This document shows positions 19,841 to 31,134 of a stretch of DNA of 64,000 nt, piece by piece; positions within the stretch are counted from its first letter, which is position 1, and each line of letters opens with the position of its first letter. The notes under the pieces are model-generated. The model saw nothing but the letters and a program-made list of their open reading frames with translations, was not told where the DNA came from and searched no databases. Location of the stretch: NCBI GenBank assembly GCA_017626365.1, contig JAGAIV010000021.1:6921-70920 (forward strand). The letters run 5' to 3'. Source of the stretch: Clostridia bacterium (lineage in GTDB: Bacteria > Bacillota > Clostridia > TANB77 > CAG-508). A program made the translations under genes and the position numbers.

Positions 19841-20200
19841 GTGGAAGAAATTATGGACGAAGTAAAAACAGCCCAAGCTACACTAAAATACGCTAGAATT
19901 TCTGCAAGAAAAGTAAAAATCGTTGCAGACTTAATTCGTGGAAAAGATGTAGCAGAAGCTTTAGCAATTGTTAAATTTACACCAAAAGCTTCTTCAGAAA
20001 TTATTGAAAAGCTATTAAAATCTGCAATTGCTAATGCTGAAAACAACCACGGTATGGATAGTAAAAAATTATATATTGCTGAAATTTATGCAAACCAAGG
20101 TCCTACTCTAAAAAGAATAAGACCAGCAGCAAAAGGTTCTGCTGTTAGAATAAGAAAAAGAACCAGTCATATTACAATCGTATTGAAAGAAAGAGTATAA
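19841..20200 (+). CDS. rplV: 50S ribosomal protein L22
   Basis: GTG start after aaggaggg; conserved sequence. Confidence 0.9.
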   Translation: MEEIMDEVKTAQATLKYARISARKVKIVADLIRGKDVAEALAIVKFTPKASSEIIEKLLKSAIANAENNHGMDSKKLYIAEIYANQGPTLKRIRPAAKGSAVRIRKRTSHITIVLKERV

Positions 20201-20222
20201 AGGTGAAAGGAGGATTTTTAGC

Positions 20223-20885
20223 ATGGGACAAAAAATGCATCCACATGGATTAAGAGTAGGAATTATTAAAGATTGGAACTCAAAATGGTATGCTGATAAG
20301 AAAAACTATAGTGATTATTTAGTAGAAGACCATAAAATCCGTGAATATGTTAAAAAGAAATTATTTATTAGCGGTATTTCAAAAATTGAAATTGAAAGAA
20401 CAGCTAAATTTGTTAAAGTAAACGTATATACAGCAAAACCTGGTCTAGTGATTGGAAAAGGTGGACAATTAGCTGAAAGTTTAAAAAATGATTTACAAAA
20501 AATGATCGGAAAAGAAATTAATTTAAATATAGTTGAGGTAAAAGATATTGATTTAGATGCTCAATTAGTAGCAGAAAATATCTGTGCTCAACTAGAAAGA
20601 AGAATTTCATTCAGACGTGCAATGAAACAATGCATGCAAAAAACAATGAAAGCAGGAGCTTTAGGTATTAAAACATCAGTATCTGGAAGATTAGGTGGAG
20701 CTGATATGGCAAGAACTGAATTCTATAAAGAAGGAACTATTCCACTTCAAACATTAAGAGCAGATATTGATTATGGATTCTATGAAGCAAATACAACTTA
20801 TGGAAAAATAGGTGTTAAAGTTTGGATTTATAAAGGTGAAGTTCTTCCAACTAAAAAAGAGAAAGTGGAAGGAGGAGACCAATAA
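20223..20885 (+). CDS. rpsC: 30S ribosomal protein S3
   Basis: Conserved S3 sequence. Confidence 0.95.
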   Translation: MGQKMHPHGLRVGIIKDWNSKWYADKKNYSDYLVEDHKIREYVKKKLFISGISKIEIERTAKFVKVNVYTAKPGLVIGKGGQLAESLKNDLQKMIGKEINLNIVEVKDIDLDAQLVAENICAQLERRISFRRAMKQCMQKTMKAGALGIKTSVSGRLGGADMARTEFYKEGTIPLQTLRADIDYGFYEANTTYGKIGVKVWIYKGEVLPTKKEKVEGGDQ

Positions 20886-21331
20886 TGCCATTAATACCAA
20901 AAAGAACAAAATATAGAAAACAACAAAAAGGTAGAAATAGAGGATATGCTACAAGAGGTAACTTTGTTTCTGATGGAGAATACGGATTACAAGCGCTAGA
21001 GGCTGCTTGGATTACAACAAATCAAATAGAGGCAGCTCGTATTGCTATGACTCGTCATATCAAAAGAGGTGGTCAAGTTTGGATTAAAATATTCCCAGAC
21101 AAACCAGTAACAAAGAAACCAGCTGAAACTCGTATGGGTAAAGGTAAAGGAGCTCCAGAATACTGGGTAGCTGTTGTAAAACCAGGAAGAGTATTATTTG
21201 AAATTGCTGGTGTACCAGAAGAATTAGCAAGAGAAGCTATGAGACTTGCAGCAAACAAACTACCAATCAAAACAAAATTTGTAAAAAAAGAAACTATAAA
21301 TATAGGTGGTGATATTGATGAAGATAAATAA
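20885..21331 (+). CDS. rplP: 50S ribosomal protein L16
   Basis: Conserved L16 sequence. Confidence 0.95.
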   Translation: MPLIPKRTKYRKQQKGRNRGYATRGNFVSDGEYGLQALEAAWITTNQIEAARIAMTRHIKRGGQVWIKIFPDKPVTKKPAETRMGKGKGAPEYWVAVVKPGRVLFEIAGVPEELAREAMRLAANKLPIKTKFVKKETINIGGDIDEDK

Positions 21332-21521
21332 AATAAATGAAATGTCTTCACCAGAACTAGAAAAAGAGTTAAGTGAGTTAAAAACTGAATTATTTAAATT
21401 GAGATTTAGCCATGCAACAAATGGTCTAGATAATCCATTAAAAATAAAAGAAGTGAAAAAAGACATTGCAAGAATCAAAACAGTATTAAGACAAAGAGAA
21501 TTAAGTGAAGCAAATAACTAA
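21318..21521 (+). CDS. rpmC: 50S ribosomal protein L29
   Basis: [30 protein letters not shown]. Start moved to the internal ATG that overlaps the end of rplP. Confidence 0.85.
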   Translation: MKINKINEMSSPELEKELSELKTELFKLRFSHATNGLDNPLKIKEVKKDIARIKTVLRQRELSEANN

Positions 21522-21549
21522 AAAATACTCTGGAAAGGAGAAAAAAATT

Positions 21550-21813
21550 ATGGAAGAAAGAAATCTTCGTAAAGTTATGATTGGTACAGTTGTATCAAAT
21601 AAAATGGATAAAACTGTTGTCGTAGCTGTTAAAACGAATGTAAAGCATGATGTTTATAGTAAAATTATGAAAAAAACATATAAATTAAAAGCTCATGACG
21701 AAGAAAATGCTTGCCAAATCGGAGATGAAGTAAAAGTAATGGAAACACGTCCACTTTCAAAAGATAAGAGATGGAGAGTTGTTGAAATTACAAAAAAAGC
21801 AATCGTAAAATAA
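21550..21813 (+). CDS. rpsQ: 30S ribosomal protein S17
   Basis: [25 protein letters not shown]. Start at the internal ATG after the RBS. Confidence 0.9.
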   Translation: MEERNLRKVMIGTVVSNKMDKTVVVAVKTNVKHDVYSKIMKKTYKLKAHDEENACQIGDEVKVMETRPLSKDKRWRVVEITKKAIVK

Positions 21814-21856
21814 GAAATGAAGATATCCGATAAAATCAGGATAAGGAGGGAAAAAA

Positions 21857-22225
21857 ATGGTACAACAACAATCAATATTAAAAGTTGCTGACAACACCGG
21901 TGCAAAAGAAATTATGTGTATCCGTTGTTTAGGTGGTTCATATAGAAAATATGCTGGTATTGGAGATGTTATCGTTGCTTCTGTTAAAAGTGCTACACCA
22001 GGTGGTGTTGTAAAAAAAGGAGAAGTAGTTAAAGCAGTTGTTGTAAGAACAAAGAAGCCACAAAGACGTGCAGATGGTTCTTATGTAAGATTTGATGAAA
22101 ATGCTGCTGTTATAATTCGTGATGACGGTAACCCAAAAGGAACTCGTATCTTTGGTCCAGTAGCAAGAGAATTAAGAGAAAAAGAATATATGAAAATATT
22201 ATCATTAGCACCAGAGGTTCTATAG
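21857..22225 (+). CDS. rplN: 50S ribosomal protein L14
   Basis: [17 protein letters not shown]. Confidence 0.95.
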   Translation: MVQQQSILKVADNTGAKEIMCIRCLGGSYRKYAGIGDVIVASVKSATPGGVVKKGEVVKAVVVRTKKPQRRADGSYVRFDENAAVIIRDDGNPKGTRIFGPVARELREKEYMKILSLAPEVL

Positions 22226-22309
22226 AATGTACAAATATTTAGTTGTAGCTTCTTTAAGCTAATGAAAGTAAACCTTAAAATTACAAAAAAGAAGAGGTGA
22301 AATAAAAAA

Positions 22310-22618
22310 ATGAAAATAAAAAAAGGTGATACTGTTAAAGTTTTATCTGGAAATGATAAAGGAAAAACAGGAGAAGTTTTAGAAGTAATACCAAAAACAG
22401 AAAAAATAATTGTAAAAGGTGTTAACATTCGTAAAAAACATATTAAACCTAGAAAACAAGGAGAAGAAGGAGGAATCATTCCAGTAGAATGTGCTATCCA
22501 TTCTTCAAAAGTAAATGTTGTATGTCCAAAATGCGGAAAAGCAACAAGAGTTGGATATATAGAAGAAAAAGGCGAAAAAGTTCGTGTTTGTAAAAAATGT
22601 AATACAAAGTTAAAATAG
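22310..22618 (+). CDS. rplX: 50S ribosomal protein L24
   Basis: KOW motif KGDTVKVLSGNDKGKTGEV. Confidence 0.9.
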   Translation: MKIKKGDTVKVLSGNDKGKTGEVLEVIPKTEKIIVKGVNIRKKHIKPRKQGEEGGIIPVECAIHSSKVNVVCPKCGKATRVGYIEEKGEKVRVCKKCNTKLK

Positions 22619-22640
22619 GAAAGGAGGATTTTAAAGACCT

Positions 22641-23180
22641 ATGGAAAAATTAAGAGAACAATATGAAAAAGAAGTAGTTCCAGCATTAATGAAAAAATTC
22701 AACTATAAATCAATCATGCAAGTTCCAAAACTTGAAAAGATTGTAATCAATATAGGTTTAGGAGATACAAAAGATAATCCTAAATCATTAGAAAATGCAA
22801 TGAATGATTTAAGCCAAATTACTGGTCAAAAACCTATGGTAACAAAAGCTAGAAAATCAATTGCAGCATTTAAATTAAGAGAAGGAGCAAATATCGGATG
22901 CAAAGTTACTTTAAGAAGTAGCAAAATGTATGAATTTGCTTACAAACTATTCAATGTAGCTCTTCCAAGAGTTAGAGATTTTAGAGGAGTATCTGCAAAT
23001 TCTTTTGACGGAAGAGGAAATTACTCAATGGGTATTAAAGAACAATTAATATTCCCTGAAATCGAATATGAAAAAATCGATAAACTAAGAGGTATGGATA
23101 TTATATTTGTAACAACAGCTAAAACTGACGAAGAAGCAAGAGAGTTGTTAACACTATTAGGAATGCCTTTTAAAGCATAG
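22641..23180 (+). CDS. rplE: 50S ribosomal protein L5
   Basis: Conserved L5 sequence. Confidence 0.95.
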   Translation: MEKLREQYEKEVVPALMKKFNYKSIMQVPKLEKIVINIGLGDTKDNPKSLENAMNDLSQITGQKPMVTKARKSIAAFKLREGANIGCKVTLRSSKMYEFAYKLFNVALPRVRDFRGVSANSFDGRGNYSMGIKEQLIFPEIEYEKIDKLRGMDIIFVTTAKTDEEARELLTLLGMPFKA

Positions 23181-23200
23181 AAGAAGGGAGATTAAAAAAT

Positions 23201-23386
23201 ATGGCTAAAAAGTCAATGATTATAAAACAACAAAAACCACAAAAATATAAAACAAGAGAATACAATCGTTGTAAACTTTGTGGAAGACCACATGCTTATA
23301 TTAGAAAATATGGAATTTGCCGTGTATGCTTTAGAAAATTAGCTCATGAAGGTGAAATTCCAGGTGTAAAAAAAGCAAGTTGGTAA
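23201..23386 (+). CDS. rpsN: 30S ribosomal protein S14, type Z (zinc-binding)
   Basis: CKLCGRP...CRVCFR. Confidence 0.9.
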   Translation: MAKKSMIIKQQKPQKYKTREYNRCKLCGRPHAYIRKYGICRVCFRKLAHEGEIPGVKKASW

Positions 23387-23465
23387 TAACGCTGGCTTAC
23401 GCCAGAGTGAATAATTAAGAGTGAATAGCAAATAGTGCTATTCGAAAGAGAAGGAGGTAAATTAA

Positions 23466-23864
23466 GTGAATACTACGGATCCAATTGCAGATATGTTAAC
23501 AAGAATTAGAAATGCTAATACTTCAAAGCATAAAACTGTTGATATACCAGCTTCTAATATGAAGAAAGCTATTGCTGAAATCTTATTTGAAGAAGGATAT
23601 ATTAAAGCTTTTGAAGTAATTGAAAATGAAAATCAAGGTATTATACGTATCACAATAAAATATGATGAAAAAGGTAACCGTGTTATTGCAGGATTAAAAA
23701 GAATCAGTAAACCAGGTTTAAGAGTTTATGCTGCAAGCGATGAATTACCAAAAGTATTAAACGGTTTAGGAATTGCTTTAATTTCAACTTCAAAAGGAAT
23801 TATGACAGATAAAAAAGCAAGAGAACAAGGTATAGGTGGAGAAGTTTTAGCTTATATCTGGTAG
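23466..23864 (+). CDS. rpsH: 30S ribosomal protein S8
   Basis: GTG start; [13 protein letters not shown]. Confidence 0.95.
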   Translation: MNTTDPIADMLTRIRNANTSKHKTVDIPASNMKKAIAEILFEEGYIKAFEVIENENQGIIRITIKYDEKGNRVIAGLKRISKPGLRVYAASDELPKVLNGLGIALISTSKGIMTDKKAREQGIGGEVLAYIW

Positions 23865-23903
23865 GTGATAAAGAAATATTTTATAAAGAGGTGAAATGAG
23901 AAA

Positions 23904-24443
23904 ATGTCAAGAATAGGAAATAGCCCAATTACTGTTCCATCTGATGTTGAAGTAAAAATTGATGGACAAAAAATTACAGTAAAAGGACCTAAAGGAACAT
24001 TAGAAAGAGAAATACATAGCAATATGAAAGTAACTCTTGATAATGGTGTTATTACTGTAACAAGACCTGATGATGAACCAGAAAATAGAAGTTTACATGG
24101 TCTAACAAGAACATTAATTAACAACATGATTCATGGAGTAAAAGAAGAATATCAAAGAGAATTACAAATTAATGGTGTTGGTTATAGAGCACAAAAACAA
24201 GGAACTAAATTAGTAATGAGCTTAGGATACTCTCATCCAGTAGAGATGGAAGCACCAGCAGGAATTACTTTTGATGTACCAAACCCAAACACAATTATTG
24301 TAAAAGGTATTGATAAAGAACTAGTTGGTCAAACAGCTGCTGTTGTAAGAACTAAAAGACCACCAGAAGTTTACCGTGGTAAAGGTATTAAATATGCTGA
24401 AGAAGTTATTCGTCGTAAAGAAGGTAAAGCTGGTAAGAAATAG
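23904..24443 (+). CDS. rplF: 50S ribosomal protein L6
   Basis: MSRIGNSPITVP. Confidence 0.95.
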   Translation: MSRIGNSPITVPSDVEVKIDGQKITVKGPKGTLEREIHSNMKVTLDNGVITVTRPDDEPENRSLHGLTRTLINNMIHGVKEEYQRELQINGVGYRAQKQGTKLVMSLGYSHPVEMEAPAGITFDVPNPNTIIVKGIDKELVGQTAAVVRTKRPPEVYRGKGIKYAEEVIRRKEGKAGKK

Positions 24444-24473
24444 AATCTAATATAGATTAGAAAGGAGAAAAAA

Positions 24474-24833
24474 ATGGTAAAGAAGACTGATAGAAAGTTT
24501 GAAAGAACCAGAAGACATATCCGTGTACGTAGAAAAATAAGTGGAAATGCAGAATGCCCAAGATTATGTGTTTATAGAAGTAATGCTAACATTTATGCAC
24601 AAATCATTGATGATGAAGCAGGAGTTACATTAGTAAGTGCTTCTACATTAGATAAAGAAGTAAAGGAAAAACACGCAAATAAAGCAGCTGCTAAAGAAGT
24701 TGGAAGCTTAATTGCAAAACGTGCAATCGAAAAAAATATAAAAACAGTCGTATATGATAGAGGAGGATATATCTATCATGGTATTGTAAAAGAATTAGCA
24801 GAAGCTGCTCGTGAGGCAGGACTTGTGTTCTAA
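24474..24833 (+). CDS. rplR: 50S ribosomal protein L18
   Basis: Conserved L18 sequence. Confidence 0.95.
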   Translation: MVKKTDRKFERTRRHIRVRRKISGNAECPRLCVYRSNANIYAQIIDDEAGVTLVSASTLDKEVKEKHANKAAAKEVGSLIAKRAIEKNIKTVVYDRGGYIYHGIVKELAEAAREAGLVF

Positions 24834-24905
24834 AAAAATTATTTTTAGAACAGTAAAGAGTTAATAATGAATAATTTTTGTTAAAAGGAGGGAAAAGAAA
24901 AGACA

Positions 24906-25394
24906 ATGGAAGAAACACAATTAGAATTAAAAGAGAAAGTTGTTGCAATCAACAGAGTTGCAAAAGTTGTAAAAGGTGGTAGAACTTTCCGTTTTAGTGC
25001 AGTTGTAGTTGTAGGAGACGAAAACGGACACGTTGGTGTTGGAAACGGTAAAGCAGCTGAAGTTCCAGATGCTATCAAGAAAGCAATCGAAGATGCTAAA
25101 AAGAACTTAATTACAGTTCCAGTTGTAGGAACAACAATTCCTCATGAATATATCGGAAAATTTGGTAGTGCAAATGTTATGTTAAAACCAGCAGCAGAAG
25201 GTACTGGAGTTATTGCAGGAGGTAGCGTAAGACCAGTCCTAGAACTTGCAGGTTACAAAGATATCAGAACAAAAGTATTAGGAACAAACAATCCAAGAAA
25301 CGTTGTATATGCAACACTTAATGGATTAGCTAATATGAGCACAGTAGAACAAATTGCGAAAAAAAGAGGAAAGAAAGTAGAAGAAATATTATAA
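24906..25394 (+). CDS. rpsE: 30S ribosomal protein S5
   Basis: [18 protein letters not shown]. Confidence 0.95.
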   Translation: MEETQLELKEKVVAINRVAKVVKGGRTFRFSAVVVVGDENGHVGVGNGKAAEVPDAIKKAIEDAKKNLITVPVVGTTIPHEYIGKFGSANVMLKPAAEGTGVIAGGSVRPVLELAGYKDIRTKVLGTNNPRNVVYATLNGLANMSTVEQIAKKRGKKVEEIL

Positions 25395-25583
25395 TATAGT
25401 GAATAGTTAATGGTGAATAATGAATAGTGAATTACAGAAGCACCATTTAGATATTTACAAAACTAATTAATAAACAAAATTGAATAATTGAAATGAGGAT
25501 AATACATAATGAATTGATAAGTATTCATTATTCACTATTCACCATTCATTATTCATTAATAAATGAAGGAGGTGCAAATCAAA
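25395..25583 (+). repeat. Spacer of GTGAATA-type repeats in both orientations. It occupies the position where rpmD (L30) normally lies.
   Basis: Left arm tagtgaatagttaatggtgaataatgaatagtgaat. Right arm attcattattcactattcaccattcattattcatt. No L30-like ORF present. Confidence 0.6.
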
Positions 25584-26018
25584 ATGAAATTAGACGATTT
25601 AAGCCCAGCACAAGAAAGAGTATCTAGAAGAAGAGTAGGACGTGGAATTGGTTCCGGACTTGGAAAAACTTCAGGAAAGGGACATAAAGGACAAAAAGCA
25701 AGAAGTGGTGGCGGAGTAAGAAGAGGATTTGAAGGTGGTCAAACGCCATTATATAGAAGATTACCAAAAAGAGGATTTACTAACATATTTGCAAAAAATT
25801 ATGTAGAAGTAACTCTAACAATGCTTAACCAATCAAAATCAGAAGAAGTAACTGCTGAGAGCTTACTTGCAGAAGGTATTATTTCTAAAGTAAATGATGG
25901 TATCGTTGTTCTTGCTACAGGAAATTTGGAGAAAAAATTAACTGTTAAAGCAAAGAGATTTACAAAGGCAGCTAAAGAAAAAATTGAAGCTGCTGGTGGA
26001 AAGACAGAGGTGATTTAA
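25584..26018 (+). CDS. rplO: 50S ribosomal protein L15
   Basis: [10 protein letters not shown]...[35 protein letters not shown]. Start at the internal ATG. Confidence 0.9.
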   Translation: MKLDDLSPAQERVSRRRVGRGIGSGLGKTSGKGHKGQKARSGGGVRRGFEGGQTPLYRRLPKRGFTNIFAKNYVEVTLTMLNQSKSEEVTAESLLAEGIISKVNDGIVVLATGNLEKKLTVKAKRFTKAAKEKIEAAGGKTEVI

Positions 26019-27338
26019 TTGTTTAAGACAATCAAAAATGCCTTAAAAACACCAGAAGTTAGAAAAAGACTTATTTATACATTAGTATTAATAGTAGTTT
26101 TTAGACTAGGTTGTTTTATTACTATTCCAGGGGTTGATACATTTGCTTTAAATGAAGCAATGAAATCAAGTAATGGAATTGGTGGATTGATTAATATTAT
26201 TTCAGGTGGAGCGTTTTCTAGATTTTCTATTTTTGCTATGACGATCAGCCCATATATCACAGCATCAATTGTAATCCAATTATTAGCTATGGTAATTCCA
26301 GCATTAGAACGTTTAGCAAAAGAAGGTGGAGAAGAAGGAAGACAAAAAATGAACAGATATACAAAATACTTAACAATTGTTCTTGCAATTGTAGAAGCAT
26401 TAGGTATATACCTTTCATACCAATCTTCAGGAATATTTATTAATCCAGGATTTTTAACAGGATTTATTGTAGTACTTTCATTAGTTGCAGGTACAGCACT
26501 ATTAATGTGGCTTGGTGAACAAATTACAAACAAGGGTATTGGAAATGGAATTTCTATTATTATCTTTATTGGTATTGTTTCAAGTTTACCAAGTGTTGTA
26601 ACTACACTATGGAATTTGATTTTTGGAACTGGTACATTTAGTACAAGTGGTTTATTATTAGCAATTGGTATTATTATTGGAGCAATTGTTCTAGTTGCAG
26701 GTGTTGTATTTGTACAAACAGCTGAAAGAAGAGTTCCAGTACAATATGCTAAAAAAGTAGTAGGAAGAAAAATGGTAGGAGCACAAAATACACATATTCC
26801 ATTAAAACTTGCTATGGCAGGTGTAATGCCAGTTATTTTTGCTTCTTCATTCATGACCTTCCCAGCAATGATTTTACAAATATTTATAAAAGACATTGCA
26901 ACCCAAACTGGTTTCTGGGCAGGAGTATACAAATTTTCAATTGCAACATCAACATCAAATGTTCCAATTGGATATACTATCGCAAATGCACTTGTATACT
27001 TATTACTAATTATAGGATTTACATTTTTCTATACTTATGCTACATTCAACCCAGCAGAAGTATCAAACAATATTAAGAAAAATGGTGGATTTATACCAGG
27101 AATTAGAGCAGGAAAACCAACAACAGATTATTTATCAAGTGTTATTTCAAAAATAACATGGTTTGGAGGATTCTTCTTGGCACTAATTGCAATCCTTCCA
27201 ATGCTAATCCGTTTTACAGGATTAAACGTAGCATTTGGAGGAACATCAATCCTAATCGTAGTAGGTGTAGCACTAGAAACTGTACAACAATTAGAATCAT
27301 TATTAATGATGAGACATTATAAAGGATTTTTAAGTTAA
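26019..27338 (+). CDS. secY: Preprotein translocase SecY
   Basis: TTG start; 10 TM segments; conserved sequence. Confidence 0.9.
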   Translation: MFKTIKNALKTPEVRKRLIYTLVLIVVFRLGCFITIPGVDTFALNEAMKSSNGIGGLINIISGGAFSRFSIFAMTISPYITASIVIQLLAMVIPALERLAKEGGEEGRQKMNRYTKYLTIVLAIVEALGIYLSYQSSGIFINPGFLTGFIVVLSLVAGTALLMWLGEQITNKGIGNGISIIIFIGIVSSLPSVVTTLWNLIFGTGTFSTSGLLLAIGIIIGAIVLVAGVVFVQTAERRVPVQYAKKVVGRKMVGAQNTHIPLKLAMAGVMPVIFASSFMTFPAMILQIFIKDIATQTGFWAGVYKFSIATSTSNVPIGYTIANALVYLLLIIGFTFFYTYATFNPAEVSNNIKKNGGFIPGIRAGKPTTDYLSSVISKITWFGGFFLALIAILPMLIRFTGLNVAFGGTSILIVVGVALETVQQLESLLMMRHYKGFLS

Positions 27339-27491
27339 TAAAAGAAATAAGAAAGTGTAATAGAGATATGATATCTATTGCACTTTTTTATTAAGAAAAA
27401 TGTACAAAAAACAGTTGAATAATTTTGCAAAAAGAGATATAGTATATAGGGCTATTTTAATAGCAAATAAATAAAAAGGAGTTTGAAGAAT

Positions 27492-28157
27492 ATGAATATT
27501 ATTATGCTAGGTGCACAAGGTACTGGAAAAGGAACAGTTGCGGGAATTTTAAGTGAAAAATTAGGGATTCCTCAAATATCTACGGGAGATATTTTTAGAA
27601 AAAATGTTAAAGAAGAAACCCAGCTTGGTATTGAAGCAAATAAATATATGAAAAATGGAGCTTTAGTTCCAGATGAAATTACAGTTCCAATGGTTGCAAA
27701 TCGTTTAGATGAAGATGACGCAAAAAATGGACTTATTTTAGATGGTTTTCCAAGAACAATTGCTCAAGCTGAGAAATTAGATGAAATCTTAGCTAGTAAA
27801 GGAAACAAGATAGATTTAGTTATTAATTTAACAACACCAAGAGATGAAATTATTGAAAGAATTTTAACAAGAAGAGTATGTTCAAACCAAGAATGTAAAG
27901 CTACATATAATATTGTTATGCATCCACCAAAAGTGGAAGGAATTTGTGACAAATGTGGTGCAAAACTAATTCAAAGAGAAGATGATTCTAGTGAAGAAGC
28001 TATAAGACAAAGACTTGCAATTTATGATGAACAAACAAGTCCATTAGTAGAATACTATGAATCAAGAGGAGTATTAAGAACAGAAGAAGTAAGTCAAAGA
28101 AGCAACCATTTAGGTGCAGATGTAGCAAGAGAAGTAGTGGAATCAATAAAGGGGTAA
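27492..28157 (+). CDS. adk: Adenylate kinase with zinc-binding lid
   Basis: MNIIMLGAQGTGKGT; CSNQEC...CDKCG. Confidence 0.9.
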   Translation: MNIIMLGAQGTGKGTVAGILSEKLGIPQISTGDIFRKNVKEETQLGIEANKYMKNGALVPDEITVPMVANRLDEDDAKNGLILDGFPRTIAQAEKLDEILASKGNKIDLVINLTTPRDEIIERILTRRVCSNQECKATYNIVMHPPKVEGICDKCGAKLIQREDDSSEEAIRQRLAIYDEQTSPLVEYYESRGVLRTEEVSQRSNHLGADVAREVVESIKG

Positions 28158-28162
28158 GTAAA

Positions 28163-28933
28163 TTGGTAGATATTAAATCAAAAAGAGAAATTGAACTAAT
28201 GAAAGAAGCTTGCCGTGTAACAGCTCTAGTACATAAAGAAATAGAAAAAGTTATAAAACCAGGAATGACTACTTTAGAATTAGACCAAATAGCAGAAAAA
28301 GTAATAAGAGAAAATGGAGGAATTCCAGCAGAAAAAGGGTACCCAAGTTATCAAAAAGGGGTACCTAATTTCCCTGGATCTATTTGTGTTTCTATTAATG
28401 ACGAAGTAATCCATGGAGTTCCATCTGGAAGAGTAAAAATAAAAGATGGAGATATTGTTAGTGTAGATTTAGTAGTAGAAAAAAATGGTTTTAATGGAGA
28501 TGCGGCAAGAACTTATTTAGTAGGAAATGTATCAAAAGATGCAAAAAGATTAGTAGAAATAACAAAACAAGCATTTTTTGAAGGAATCAAATTTGCACGA
28601 GCTGGAAATCGTTTAGGGGACGTATGCCACGCAATCGGAGAATTTGTAGAAAAAAATGGATATAGTGTGGTAAGGGAATTTCAAGGTCATGGAATTGGAA
28701 GGAGTATGCATGAAGATCCAGGTATTCCAAATTACGGAAAAGCAGGCAAAGGAATAAAGCTTGAACCTGGCATGACTCTAGCAATTGAGCCTATGGTAAT
28801 ACAAGGAAATCCAGACATTTTAGAATTAGATGATGGTTGGACAATCATTACTGAAGATGGAAGTTTGGCAGCACACTATGAAAATACAATTTTAATTACA
28901 GAAAAAGAGCCAGAAATATTGACAATTATTTAA
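28163..28933 (+). CDS. map: Methionine aminopeptidase type I
   Basis: Conserved MetAP sequence; TTG start. Confidence 0.85.
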   Translation: MVDIKSKREIELMKEACRVTALVHKEIEKVIKPGMTTLELDQIAEKVIRENGGIPAEKGYPSYQKGVPNFPGSICVSINDEVIHGVPSGRVKIKDGDIVSVDLVVEKNGFNGDAARTYLVGNVSKDAKRLVEITKQAFFEGIKFARAGNRLGDVCHAIGEFVEKNGYSVVREFQGHGIGRSMHEDPGIPNYGKAGKGIKLEPGMTLAIEPMVIQGNPDILELDDGWTIITEDGSLAAHYENTILITEKEPEILTII

Positions 28934-29003
28934 AAATGGTATATACTATATAAGCTAATTGTGTAAAAACGAAAAAAATCATAGGATTAAGGAGTGAAAA
29001 ACA

Positions 29004-29222
29004 TTGGCAAAAGAGGATGTAATTGAAGTTGAGGGAACAGTTGTAGAAACTTTACCTAATACAAATTTTAAAGTGGAACTAGAAAATGGACATCAAATAT
29101 TAGCTCATATTTCTGGAAAACTTAGAATGAATTATATTAAAATCCTACCAGGAGATAAGGTAAAAGTGGAATTATCACCATATGACTTATCAAGAGGAAG
29201 AATAACTTGGAGAGCAAAATAG
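29004..29222 (+). CDS. infA: Translation initiation factor IF-1
   Basis: [29 protein letters not shown]. Confidence 0.9.
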   Translation: MAKEDVIEVEGTVVETLPNTNFKVELENGHQILAHISGKLRMNYIKILPGDKVKVELSPYDLSRGRITWRAK

Positions 29223-29285
29223 AATAAAATCTATTTTAAGCATATATTAACCCAAAGAGTTTTAAATTTACAGGAGGTGGATAAA

Positions 29286-29399
29286 GTGAAGGTAAGACCA
29301 TCAGTAAAACCAATTTGCGAAAAATGCAAAGTAATTAAAAGAAAAGGAAAAATTAGAGTTATTTGTGAAAATCCAAAACACAAACAAAGACAAGGTTAA
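29286..29399 (+). CDS. rpmJ: 50S ribosomal protein L36 (37 aa, absent from the ORF track)
   Basis: GTG start after ggaggtgg; [37 protein letters not shown]. Confidence 0.85.
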   Translation: MKVRPSVKPICEKCKVIKRKGKIRVICENPKHKQRQG

Positions 29400-29600
29400 T
29401 TAAAAACTTTAAAACGATATCAACACAAGACTATTTATGAGCGGCTGAAAAAAATAGTTTTGTGTTTATATACATTTTTATAGTCAAAATATTTTAAATA
29501 CTGCTTAAAACTTTAGTTTTAAGTACATTTCAATTAAAATATGAGACAAACATAATGAAAAACAAACAAGAACAAATATAATTTGGAGGTGCTAAAATTT

Positions 29601-29969
29601 ATGGCTCGTATAGCAGGAATCGATTTACCTAGAGAAAAAAGAGTAGAAATTGGACTTACATACATCTATGGAATTGGTGTATCAAGCTCAAGAAAAATTC
29701 TAGAAAAAGCTGGGGTAAATCCAGACACAAGAGTAAAAGATTTAACAGACGAACAAGTAAATGCGATTAGAAAAGTTATGGACGAAGAATACAAAGTAGA
29801 AGGTGACTTAAGAAGAGAAGTAGCTTTAAATATCAAAAGACTTACTGAAATCGGATGTTATAGAGGATTAAGACATAGAAGAGGACTACCTGTAAGAGGA
29901 CAAAGAACAAAAACTAATGCTCGTACAAGAAAAGGTCCAAGAAAATTAGTTAGTAAAAGTAAAAAATAA
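29601..29969 (+). CDS. rpsM: 30S ribosomal protein S13
   Basis: [26 protein letters not shown]; internal ATG after ggaggtg. Confidence 0.9.
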   Translation: MARIAGIDLPREKRVEIGLTYIYGIGVSSSRKILEKAGVNPDTRVKDLTDEQVNAIRKVMDEEYKVEGDLRREVALNIKRLTEIGCYRGLRHRRGLPVRGQRTKTNARTRKGPRKLVSKSKK

Positions 29970-29985
29970 GGAGGTATAGAACCAA

Positions 29986-30384
29986 ATGGCTAATAAAAAA
30001 ACGGTAGCAAAGAAAACACCTAGAAGAAATAGAAAAAATATTGAAAAAGGTGCTGCACATATTCATTCAAGCTTTAACAATACAATTGTTAGCATTACAG
30101 ATACTCAAGGAAATGTTATTTCTTGGGCAAGTGCTGGAGAATTAGGATTCAAAGGTTCTAAAAAATCAACACCATTCGCTGCTGGAGAAGCTGCTGAAAC
30201 AGCTGCAAAAGCTGCAATGGAACATGGATTAAAAACAGTAGAAGTATTCGTAAAAGGACCAGGTTCTGGTCGTGAAGCTGCAATCCGTTCACTTCAAACA
30301 GCAGGATTAGAAATTAGTGCTATTAAAGATGTAACACCAATTCCACATAACGGATGTAGACCACCAAAAAGAAGAAGAGTATAA
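29986..30384 (+). CDS. rpsK: 30S ribosomal protein S11
   Basis: Conserved S11 sequence. Confidence 0.95.
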   Translation: MANKKTVAKKTPRRNRKNIEKGAAHIHSSFNNTIVSITDTQGNVISWASAGELGFKGSKKSTPFAAGEAAETAAKAAMEHGLKTVEVFVKGPGSGREAAIRSLQTAGLEISAIKDVTPIPHNGCRPPKRRRV

Positions 30385-30451
30385 AGTGTGCTTCGCACTA
30401 GTGAATAACAAATAATGAAGAGTGAATCATGAATATGAAAGGAGAAAGAAA

Positions 30452-31078
30452 ATGGCAAGATATAAAGATGAACAATGTCGTATTTGCCGTAGAGAAGGTC
30501 AAAAACTTTTCTTAAAAGGTGAAAGATGTTATTCTGATAAATGTTCTGTTTCTAGAAGAAACTATGGACCAGGACAACATGGACAAAAGAAAGCTAAGCT
30601 TTCTGAATATGGTACTCAATTAAGAGAAAAACAAAAAACAAAATCATTCTATGGAGTAGGAGAAAAACAATTTAGAAAATATTTTGAAATGGCTTCTAAT
30701 AAAAAAGGAATTACTGGAGATAACTTACTTCAAATATTAGAAAGTAGATTAGATAATGTTGTTTATCGTTTAGGATTTGGTACTTCAAGAGCACAAGCAA
30801 GACAACTTGTAAACCATGGATTATTCGAAGTAAATGGTCAAAAAGTTGATATTGCTTCTTACCTAGTAAAAGCAGGAGACGAAGTAGCTGTAAGAGAATC
30901 TAAGAAAGATAAAGGCGTTATTAAAGTAAATGTTGAAGCAAATTCTGCAAGACCTGTACCAGCATGGCTAGAAAAAGATGCCAAAAAATTAGGTGGAAAA
31001 GTATTAAGACTTGCAACAAGAGAAGATATAGACTTACCAGTACAAGAACACTTAATCGTAGAGTTATACTCTAAATAG
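30452..31078 (+). CDS. rpsD: 30S ribosomal protein S4, with N-terminal Cys4 zinc ribbon
   Basis: [31 protein letters not shown]. Confidence 0.9.
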   Translation: MARYKDEQCRICRREGQKLFLKGERCYSDKCSVSRRNYGPGQHGQKKAKLSEYGTQLREKQKTKSFYGVGEKQFRKYFEMASNKKGITGDNLLQILESRLDNVVYRLGFGTSRAQARQLVNHGLFEVNGQKVDIASYLVKAGDEVAVRESKKDKGVIKVNVEANSARPVPAWLEKDAKKLGGKVLRLATREDIDLPVQEHLIVELYSK

Positions 31079-31134
31079 TAGTAAGTGAAGAATTAAGTAA
31101 AAAGACTTAATTCATAAGTAATTGGGAGGTAAAA

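Noticed and set aside
21505-21549. Long N-terminal extension of S17 ([15 protein letters not shown]...)
   Set aside because: The conserved S17 start MEERNLRKV at 21550 has its own RBS. The extension overlaps L29.
25563-25583. Upstream start extension of rplO (MKEVQIK...)
   Set aside because: Homology and the RBS aaggaggtg support the ATG at 25584 ([10 protein letters not shown]).
26075-26932. 285-aa antisense ORF inside secY. Similar antisense ORFs lie at 31665-32069 in rpoA, 14472-14897 in hppA, 38692-39078 opposite the Cys-rich gene, and 9239-9463 and 62213-62467 opposite the pilin-like N-termini.
   Set aside because: These are shadows of well-supported genes on the other strand. They have low-complexity composition and no RBS.
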